Positions 55,005 to 64,000 of a DNA stretch of 64,000 nucleotides are shown piece after piece (within the stretch, counting starts at the first letter, position 1; every line of letters begins with the position of its first letter). Origin of the DNA: Amphiscolops sp. MND2022 (lineage: Eukaryota); contig OZ076409.1 in assembly GCA_964187785.1 (NCBI GenBank), forward strand, positions 42,968,001 through 43,032,000. The letters run 5' to 3'. The position numbers and the translations under genes are program-made. The notes under the pieces are model-generated. The model saw only the letters and a list, made by a program, of their open reading frames with translations. It was not told the origin of the DNA and ran no database searches.

Positions 55005-55604
55005 TTAATTTGTGTCGTAAGCACGAGAGTTTGTGCTTGTGAGTCCGTCTTTGGGACGGTCATTGGCCTGTTTGTTCTTAGAATCGTTCCTAGGTTCTGA
55101 GTTTTGCAGTGCTTCGGAATATCCTTCCGGTCTCTCGGCCGGAACGTTCCATCTCTCTTTGGTCAATTGTCCCGACCCGGCCATAACTACATTCTGGATT
55201 TGAGGCAAAATTTGGCTGCTAATTGCCTCATTTATGGCTCTTTGAATCTGAACACTGACACTATTCATCATTTCGTCCATATCTCGAGATATACGTGAAT
55301 TTAACTCACTCGACAATCTATTGATCTCAACGCTCGAACACTCTCTGATTGAATTATGGCCTAATTCGGTATTTGGACTTGGTCCATTATTTCTCGGATT
55401 TGGGAATCCATTCTCATTTTCATCTTCAAATTCATCTCCAAACGAGCTTTCTGGCCTACCGGCCTGATTACTATTCACACTTTCATTTCTCTCATTTCTT
55501 TCAAAATGGTTTTCGCCTAACATAATGTCCAGATTATCAATATCTGATAACATCTCAAGTCCTCTAGACTTTCTCGCTTTCTTTTGCTTTCTAGTGGTAG
55601 GCAT
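55005..55604 (-). CDS. LTR-encoded N-terminal gag-like ORF (truncated at the LTR end)
   Basis: MPTTRKQKKARKSR.. followed by coiled-coil SSELNSRISRDMDEMMNSVSVQIQRAINEAISSQILPQIQ. Stops two codons after ...AYD at the CA terminus. Homologous remnant at 9208-9771. Confidence 0.65.
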   Translation of the reverse strand: MPTTRKQKKARKSRGLEMLSDIDNLDIMLGENHFERNERNESVNSNQAGRPESSFGDEFEDENENGFPNPRNNGPSPNTELGHNSIRECSSVEINRLSSELNSRISRDMDEMMNSVSVQIQRAINEAISSQILPQIQNVVMAGSGQLTKERWNVPAERPEGYSEALQNSEPRNDSKNKQANDRPKDGLTSTNSRAYDTN

Positions 55605-56804
55605 TAAGACAGAACCGGGTTGAATAATTCAATTATCAAAACCGGAAAACTGACAAAAGTCGTTGTATTATTTCGATCTTTATCAAAGTGAAGGTATGAG
55701 ATTAATAATCTTTTTACAGGAATATGGCTATATATACTCGTAAAAAGATGACACTCACATTCCACAAATCCTTTGATCAAGAAAACATCACATGTTTATG
55801 GCCTTAACAGGTCATGTGACAAGTATTATTACGGCATTGGGTTGGGTATTCAACACTTCAAAGCGGATATTTTAGGGTGATGTCCCAATTGGGAAAATTC
55901 CTAGTTTCAGGGTGGTCCTTAGGAATTCAACATCAAAAGAATGATATTTAACGGGGCACACAAGCAGCACCTTCAAGTGTCATGTTTATAAACATCATCA
56001 ACATTACCTTGTCAGCAAATACCAATGTCTATTGAAGGAATGCAAAAAGCATCTCTTCGGAATGCACATGCGACACGTGTCACCACGCGCCTATTATTCA
56101 ACGTAAGGGGAAGCAACTTCAAATAATACATGTCTAATCTATTTAAATACCACTGCATCATTAAATAAGAGTATCTCTCAAAAGGGCCGAAATTGGCCAA
56201 ATCCTGATTAATGGTACAATACTAGGGGGAGGAAGGGTAAAAGACCTTAATCGGCCTTTGATCAGCATCTAGTTTATTCGGTCCGTTGGGGGGTGCGTTG
56301 GTATTATTTTAATATTAAAACACCTTTGAAATGATCCCCAACTAATATGGTTAACTATAAAGTACAGATAATACAGCATCACTCATTGCATCAAGACGGC
56401 CTAAACCGGCCATTTGACCAAGGTACAAAACAATTCGTGGACATTAAGTTAATTGGCCGTATTCGGCCGCTACCAAATCAAAGCTATATTGCACTTGTGA
56501 ATTGGAGCGCTGTGATTGGTTGAGGGAATGAGCTCAAGTGACGTTTTTGGATTATCGCTGAGCGTCACTTGAACTCGTTTCCTATACCGCTTTACAGTTG
56601 CTTATACTAGTATTGCTTTTCGATTCAATCGATTTACATTTCAACTGCACTTTCACAAAGTAGCCTAATTTGGACATCTCCAAAATGTACAATCTTTAAC
56701 AGACTAATATTAACTTCATTCAAATATGAAACTTTTACATGAAAACATACAAAGCAACAACTAATCGTTAAATAAAACTAGTTTTTAAGGTCCATAACCT
56801 GTAT

Positions 56805-57590
56805 TCAGTATTTTGGCAGTGTACTCGGTGTTGGATTTTGTTCTCCTGCCGATGTAGTATAGTTATTTCCGTCACAGGCGGCAGCCTGCGACACTGCGGG
56901 AGCGATGAAAAGTAGACAACCTGCATTCAGTCCATTTATGTACGCTTCTCGCCTCAATTTGGTGACAAATTCGGGTTCCCCGCGCGGCGTTGATCTCTCC
57001 ATGTACCAATTGATCTTCTCGTCTTTAATCTCATCTACTGATTTCCCACATACCATGCACCCAGTATATCTCTGGCTGCTCAGATTGTCATGGGGTCTGG
57101 TATTTTGGATGTGGTAGGACGCATAGAACCCGCTCGTTGATGGTTGGACTAAAGGGATATCTTGACTGGGTCCCCTTTCGTGGTCCGGCGGCGACATCGG
57201 GGACTCTAGAATCGGTAGGATCGTATTACACAGTTCAATGCGTGACTTTTCCATCCTCTTAGGCGGGGCATAGCACCTTTCTAAGTCGAAGTACTTGTGA
57301 TCCATTTTTGGCGTCTTCTCAGCATTTGTACCGGATGTACTTGGTCCGGCTACTGACACATCTTCTTCGGGTATCTCCGAAGTCATTATCCTTCCCCCAA
57401 TGAGCATAGGGCTAGATGTAACTTCTCTCTCTATCCGCGCTATCAGTTGTTCTGTATCGGTGGAACAATCCGTCTCCCAGTCTGATGCTTCGCTCTCGCT
57501 ACTCGATATGTAGATTACAGATTCCTCAGAGCCTTCTGAGTCGAAATCTTCCAAGTCAAATAACTTCCTTGCGAGATTGTATTTACTCAT
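56805..57590 (-). CDS. Accessory ORF, 261 aa, acidic N-terminus and CxxC motif; function unknown
   Basis: Intact ATG-initiated ORF with coding-like GC content; motif CMVCGKSVDEIK. Confidence 0.7.
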   Translation of the reverse strand: MSKYNLARKLFDLEDFDSEGSEESVIYISSSESEASDWETDCSTDTEQLIARIEREVTSSPMLIGGRIMTSEIPEEDVSVAGPSTSGTNAEKTPKMDHKYFDLERCYAPPKRMEKSRIELCNTILPILESPMSPPDHERGPSQDIPLVQPSTSGFYASYHIQNTRPHDNLSSQRYTGCMVCGKSVDEIKDEKINWYMERSTPRGEPEFVTKLRREAYINGLNAGCLLFIAPAVSQAAACDGNNYTTSAGEQNPTPSTLPKY

Positions 57591-57939
57591 GATGACTTTC
57601 TTCGCTATTTTGAGGCTTGTAGATGCAACTGTATCGTGATGAAGTTTTAGGATGGAATGAATTTGTCAAATCCAAAATTTAGCCGAGTAAGGCGTTTTCC
57701 CGAAGTTTCCAATTTGGCGGTTAGACCTTCGGTTAATCGTCCTGATCTGTCATAAACTTTTCAGAATGGAATTCCTTGACTTGTCGGCTCCCTTTGATAA
57801 CATGATGTTTACCCCTCATCAGTGTCATCACTAGAAGAGGTGTGAATGACTCTCAGCTTATGAATATCAACTACACCCGTCTCAAGTGGGTAATTAACGG
57901 GTCGCTTGCAAGCAATTAACGGCGCTTGTCGGATAAAGC

Positions 57940-58080
57940 TCACTGAAATGGCTTCAGCCAATCAAATTTGAGCTTCGATAAATTTGGAAAATTGAATAAT
58001 AAAGATGGCGGAAAATAATAATTTTGAATAACTAAAATGGCAAAAATAATAAATCTAAATAATCCAAGATGGCGAAAATT
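57940..58080. promoter_or_regulatory. Putative bidirectional promoter core (YY1-like and CCAAT motifs)
   Basis: AAGATGGCG at 58002 and 58066, AAATGGC twice, AGCCAATC at 57956; located between the divergent ORFs. Confidence 0.4.
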
Positions 58081-58504
58081 CTAACTAAGGGTAACTGGAC
58101 AAAACGACGAAACAAAACAGGGCAACCGGCCATAACCGGCCCTTTAACTAAATAAGCTGTAAATAACAAAGTCCATTGTACACTTCGCTGGCAGACTCCA
58201 TGTACAGAATAAATATGTAGGTAATCCATAATATTAGTCTGGTAATAATCTTCAGCCACGAACTCCAACTTTCAATTATTTTACCCAATTCCAATTCCAT
58301 TTAATTCTAATCATCTTACATTTGTCTTCTTTTATTTGCAATCCTTTAACTGACATCTGTCCACACACATCCGTAGCGTTTTCATTGTCGCTGTCCGCAG
58401 AAGTATCCTTATCCCCTTCATCTCCGACCGTGAACGGCCGCCACTCAGTTTCTCTACCAGTCAGCCCGAAACAACTCTTGTTGGAGCAACGTCGTTGGAG
58501 AGAC

Positions 58505-61500
58505 ATGTCTTCGAACACAGGTTGGTCTGGTTTTCATATATTGAACTAGTTTAGCTTGATCAGGGCTAGACTTTGTTCACAATAAGCTTCCTGTTCCCAC
58601 TAATAAGCGCGTGATAGCTCATTTTGTTCAAATTCTCAAGTACTTCCGGAAGATTTCTAATGCGGTAAAATGGATTCTTTTCGAGGAAGCATACCGCCAA
58701 ACTTTATCTCTTTTCGTTTAGAGAATCAAACAACCGAAGTTGTCGATGTACCAGCCGAACCTACTGTTACTACTTCAGCAGCTAGTCCCCCAACCGAAAC
58801 TGGCCCACGAATCCAGAATCCCGGTGTGTCCCACGAGCTATCTCTGAGCCGATCAGAAGACGTCACCTCTACTCACAGTGCTGACAGTGACCCAGATGTG
58901 ACATTGTATGCTGAATCCATGGTCCAACGAATGCAGCAGGCACAACTCATCACTGCCCAAGAGAATGATCAGCTCGAATCCGCCCAGCTACATGGTCAAG
59001 AACCAGTCAATGATCCCTCGGGAGTTATGTCAACAACGACTGAGAACCGAAAGTCGAGCACTCCCATTCAGTCAGATGAGGAGGGAATCCAGGAAGCTGA
59101 TCTGTCTGCTTTGGAATCTGCTTTGAGAGTCATTGAGGCCTCTGCGTCTCAGTTGCCCGAACTGAGGAACAGGGACGAGTCAGACCCTTTAGATGGAAGC
59201 GGGGTTCAACCCAAGACCGATGAAGATAACGCCTCGTCCGTTTGTGACGTACCCTCACTCCCTGGCGGTGACCCTAAGATACGATTCACTGAAGAGTTGG
59301 GTGAAGAAGAAGAGTCTACTGGAGAGTCAAGCAGACTGGTCCCTGTGGAACTGTACGGACGTCCCCCATTCGGCCCTGAATCTGAAACTGAATGTGAAAG
59401 GGAAACTAGTTCCGAATGCCAGCCTTTGGGAACTGGAAAAACGCGGACAGCTGGGGGAAGTTCAAGTCAAGACAAACCCCCGGAACTGTCGGGTCGCAGT
59501 AGGGCCATCCTGAAGGAATACTTCGATTCTGCATCCCCAATTAGACTTCCTGTCGGGCACACTACTATCGCCCTCACAGAGCTTCAAATGTATCACCTGC
59601 TGCGTACGCTCACAGACGAGACTCTCCGCCAGTCTTTCAACACCATGGAAAGAATGGTAATAGACGCTGTCCGAGGCACCCCGACTGCTCTCCCTTCACG
59701 CACCTCCCATTTCCAACTCAAGAGAAGGGCACAAACTCCCGGACCTGGGGCTCAAAGTGATTCTGAGTCGGACAGTGACCTTGCCGGAACAGCCTCAGAT
59801 CAGCCAGAATCAAGCAGCGACGACTCTGGTGGGGCTTCTTTCTACGAGGAGAGTGACAGTGCTACTGAGATGGACTTGATAACGAAGTCCTTCAAACAAA
59901 CTCCTTCTCGACCTCTAGTCGGAGGGGTCCAGGCGGACACGTCCAGTAGCCAACAGCATATTTGGCCAGATACTGAGGGTTCCAGTAGTCAGGATACCAC
60001 CTTATATGAAATGCGCGAACAGGCTCAAAAGGACCAACCAGAAGGACACTCTAAATCGAGGAAGAAAAAGGGCAATAAAAGACTTTCCAGGAGAGGTGTA
60101 CCCATGAGAGAAGAATTCTTCTCTAAGATAGGATGGACGAGGTCGTTCATTTCCGGGCCGGCCGATCCCTTGCATAACCCGCTTATGGTCTGGTGCCATA
60201 TTTGCAAGAAGAATTTTTCTATAAAATCAAAGGGGCCCTACGAGATTTTGAGACACCACCGGACAGATCGCCATCTGAGACGTGACCAGAGGTGGCGTTA
60301 CGAACACCTGCGCAGCGTTGACCCAGTCAGTGGCAAAGTGCAGCATCGAGTTAGAGGGGCCAACGGCAAGATCTTGACGAAGATCGAACTGGCCAATCAG
60401 CTGCCCAAATTCATCAAAGCTGAACTGGTGGACATAGGGGAGAGGTTCCCTTTCTACGAGGACTTCATCCGGGGGACCACTACAGCCTTGGTCACACAGG
60501 AAGCGAGAGTGAAAACTCAACTTTGCCTGGTGGGCGATTTCATAAAGACTCTGGGTGACTTATCCGTCCTGAGGAACATGTGGTCTAGGATGGGCGCCTT
60601 TACCAACCACCAAGCCACTGTGTGCGATTTTGATTGGAGCGAGGAACGCATGAGTGTAAGTATATTCCTGGTAATCCATCCACTAATTTGAGAGTTTCCT
60701 TCTAAAATAGTTCCATTTCCTTTTCAGGCCATATTCCAACACTTCTTCACTAGCGCCCTGACCGACATTGCTGAACATGTCACTGCTGAACAATGCTTTG
60801 CTATTGAATTTGAGGCTGCCGGGATATATCGCTACATGAGCGTCAAGTTTTGGAGGGGTCATGAGCTTTGCCGGGTCTTCATTTGCCGAAGTTCCCTTCC
60901 CGCGACTGACGTGACTGGCGAACTGGGGTCTCTAGCCCGATTTTTGTCAGCTGTCTCGACCCAACCGGATGTGGTGGCATGCTCTGGGTGCCACGTTGAT
61001 TTCGCAAAGACGATAGACCAGTCCGACTACTTCCCACAAGGAGTCCAATGCTGTTTCCGCTTCGAACAACTATCATTACCTACTTTGATGCACAAATCCA
61101 AGTATTCTGTCTTTGGCCAAATAGACTTCTTCTCCGTCCTCCAGGCTCTGATGGTGTCTCTGGGTGGCTCTCTGACTGAAGAATGGGCAATGCGAAGTCC
61201 TGAGCTTACTAAAGTAAGTATTTTGCTTCGTCTTTCTTTTAGTAGTCGGGGGTTGGTTAACTTAGGTACCATAACGAACAGTCCCTAATCGGCTAAATTG
61301 GTTTTAACAGGCAGTGACCAGTTTCAAACTCGACATCAGGACTCTGCCGGTTCTCTGTACGGAGCTGGCCAAGGAGTGGAAACCCATACTCCGCTATTTG
61401 ACCGAGCATGCCCCCATTCAAGGAGGTCAAGGAGTCCGTGGCAGGGTTAGATTTGCTTTCATTCCCTTAATGGTATAATCAGATGGTTTCATAATAAGGT

Positions 61501-62877
61501 CTTCAGCCTTTCTCTAGTCTACCAAACTCTTTGTGGAACCTAACGTACGTTTTTCCTTTAAGGCACAGAGCTTCGAGTGGTCCCTAATCTGTGACGAATT
61601 TTTCGTCGTCAAGTTGGAGTTCTTCAACAGGCTCGTGAGCGACTGTAAGTAGTTTACCTTTAGGGCAGTCATCCAGAGTTTTACTCCACTCTAGGTTTTG
61701 CTTTGTGTTTCCAGACGTGGCAAGTTTCCCAGTGAACCTCCAACACAGACGTGATTCCTCCTTTTATCTATGTGGAGAAGTTTGCCAATTCTTAAGTTCA
61801 CTTTGCTCTCGCGTCTATACTCCTGATACGGTGCCTCTAGCGAATGCCTGGTTCCTGTTGCTGCGCTTCCAGACCAGTGAGGCCACTTTCTTGGATGGAG
61901 AGGAATACCTGATCCGTTTGAGGCTCTCTCATAAGGTGTCATCGGCCAGCAAAGCAAAAGCGGAAGGAATGCATTTCGGGAAAAAATCGGAACGCCCAGC
62001 GATCCTGGCTACTACAGAGACTGTGAAGTCCGATTTCATCAAAGACAGTCAGCAATATATACAATACCTGATCAATGAGATCCTTCGGCAGACTGGGCTG
62101 ACTACTAACATTGTGAAGGGGATGGCCGCTTTCGACCCTCTTATCCTGTTCAAGCGACCTATGGAAATAGCCCTGCGGCACTTTGACATTCTCTACAGTA
62201 CCTTCTCTCTCCGTTCTTGGGTCTCCAGTGCTAACGAGTCCTTGTGCCGTGATCAATACATGCAGTTACTTGACCATCTACGTACAGCCTATGACCCAGA
62301 TTTCGACATATCGAGTGTTTCAGCTGATCTGATTGAGTTCCTGTCCGAGTTGGAATTCCTCCGTAATCGTAGCTGTTTGTTCTACTTATTCAAGTTGTGT
62401 TGCTTGTGCGCTACGACTGTCAGTCACACGTACCCTGATGTCACCTTCGGGACAATTTCCACTGCTGGACGTCATAACAGATTGACCGACGTTATTCTTC
62501 CCAGCCAAAGTTACGTGGCTAACGTGCGCGATGCGGTTGCTTTCTGTAGCGACAACGGGAACCTGACCAAGTTCATCGACTTTTCTTCTTCTTTCGGACG
62601 TTCTGCATTTGCCTCTGACTATGATCCTTGGACCTACGTGGACAATTTCGGACGTTCGAAGATTTATAAGTCGTTGCTGGCCTCCTACCGGACAGCACTT
62701 TCCACCCCTCAGAAAACTCTAGTCCGGAGTGCACCAGAGGATCAAAGCTCCGTAGCTGATACATCTGCTGTGAAAGCCCCTTCTAGCACTAAACGAAGGA
62801 AAATGGAACGTCGAGCTTCTCGGGCATCCTCATCGTCCACTGTTGGAGCCATTGAGCCTGGCTCATCTAAAGACTAA
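58505..62877 (+). CDS. Six-exon gene, about 1271 aa: disordered acidic N-terminus, BED-like zinc finger and hAT-transposase-like body (probably catalytically dead)
   Basis: Exons 58505-58520, 58722-60655, 60728-61213, 61311-61445, 61563-61644, 61715-62877. All five introns are GT..AG with compatible phases (1,0,0,0,1), giving a 3816-nt open frame. Finger WCHICKKNFSIKSKGPYEILRHHRTDRH. Exon 1 is the least certain. Confidence 0.85.
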
Positions 62878-63118
62878 CTGTACATATGTATGTATGTACT
62901 TTCAGACTGTAAACTTTGTTGATTTCTTTGTTGTATTTATTCTTTCGTTTGCCCTTGATTTCTGTTTCCTCATTATTTGTATCTTTCACCCCCGTATTTA
63001 TTTATTTTGAGAGGGGTCCTTCATTCGTCCCATTATTCAAAAGATACTAAAGGGACTGGAAAAAAACGGAAAAGAAGGTAATAAGAAAGAACTCCCATTT
63101 TCGGGAAGAATTCAATCT

Positions 63119-64000
63119 TTAGTATCTGAAGTCTTCTGAGTAGTTTGGATTAGGGTTAGGCCTGAGATTATATTTCCCTCCTCTAGGGCTCAGACTTTCA
63201 TTTCTAGCATCGCTTTCGGATATTTCGGGCACGATAATATCATCCCCCCTTTTTGGAGAGGTTTGTGTATCGTTTTCATTCATTGAATTTCTTTCTGAAA
63301 AAATTTCATTATTTTCTGGTCCACCTGCCGTACTCGGAACAGAATTTTCTTGGTTTTTTGGGGAAACGGCCGGATTCGGCCAATCAGATTTGGTATTTTC
63401 TGTCACTGCAGTAGCTTTATCTCTTTCAGTGACGTCATCATCCAAGCGTTCATTCCGGCTGTGTGTCGCGTTGTCGTTGTTTAATTCTCGCGTGATTATG
63501 TAATACGCTTCATTCTCGTTTGCGTCATTTGTATTTTCTGCCGTACTCGGCCGTTCGCCGTTCGGCAAGTTAGTTGGAATAGGTTCGTTGCCTCGTGTAA
63601 CTAGCTGTTCGCCGAAGTCTGTTTCCCACGTTATGACGTATAAATCGTCTTGCGGAATGACAATTTCTTCGTCTGGCTGCAGACGTTGTTCTCGGAAATT
63701 GTCCTCAAGTGGTTGATTGGGAATGAACTTTTTAAGGCGAATACGATGCAAAATGTGAGTTTTGTTTGTATTGATCCTTCGTACTATGTAGTTTTCATTT
63801 GGTAAAACCTTTTGGACTACAAATGGTCCAACCCAACGGTAATCGCGGAATGGAATTTTTGATCCTTGATGATCCGCTTTCGGCTGTAAGACGAAACAGT
63901 AATCATTCTCCTTCAATGGAGCAGCTTTTGCTTTGCGGTCGTAATATTCTTTGTATTTGATGTACGACTGCATAATGTTCTGCTTCGTTTTGTCAATTAG
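63119..64000 (-). CDS. pol: Gypsy pol C-terminus: integrase GPY/F region and long acidic tail (5' partial)
   Basis: KEYYDRKA..RWVGPFVVQKV..NYIVR..HRIRLKKF; ends KYNLRPNPNPNYSEDFRY*. No disruptions. Confidence 0.9.
   Translation of the reverse strand, partial: LIDKTKQNIMQSYIKYKEYYDRKAKAAPLKENDYCFVLQPKADHQGSKIPFRDYRWVGPFVVQKVLPNENYIVRRINTNKTHILHRIRLKKFIPNQPLEDNFREQRLQPDEEIVIPQDDLYVITWETDFGEQLVTRGNEPIPTNLPNGERPSTAENTNDANENEAYYIITRELNNDNATHSRNERLDDDVTERDKATAVTENTKSDWPNPAVSPKNQENSVPSTAGGPENNEIFSERNSMNENDTQTSPKRGDDIIVPEISESDARNESLSPRGGKYNLRPNPNPNYSEDFRY

Larger units (their letters stand above)
55013..64000 (-). mobile_element. 3' portion of a large Gypsy-type LTR retrotransposon with accessory genes (continues beyond the window)
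   Basis: Integrase C-terminus at 63119->64000. LTR-like terminus ...TTACGACA at 55013 carrying the gag-like start ORF. About 7 kb of intact cargo ORFs in between. Confidence 0.75.

Noticed and set aside
58670..58721. ATG at 58670 as the start of the cargo gene
   Set aside because: It lies just before a strong polypyrimidine/TAG acceptor, and an in-phase upstream exon (58505-58520) fits better. It remains possible as an alternative start.

Overview
This is an AT-rich, transposon-dense animal genomic window. An invertebrate origin is inferred from the NFI and class-A GPCR exons, the spliceosomal introns and the TE content; the species cannot be determined from the sequence alone. Host-gene content is sparse: one Nuclear Factor I exon (13552-13695, -) and the first coding exon of a GPCR (34177-34554, +). 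The rest is a nest of mobile DNA: a decayed short-LTR Ty3/Gypsy element with a self-complementary, non-tRNA primer site; an RTE-type LINE with a viral-like 2A peptide; many Helentron/DINE-1-like elements; several MITEs; a hAT element; and solo LTRs that carry the start of an ORF. The main find is the 3' part (55013->64000, -) of a large, apparently intact Gypsy-type LTR retrotransposon. Between pol and its inferred 3' LTR it carries about 7 kb of cargo: an antisense six-exon gene (about 1271 aa, five in-phase GT-AG introns) resembling a catalytically dead hAT-transposase/BED-finger protein, and a divergent 261-aa ORF. The two are separated by a spacer with YY1-like and CCAAT motifs.
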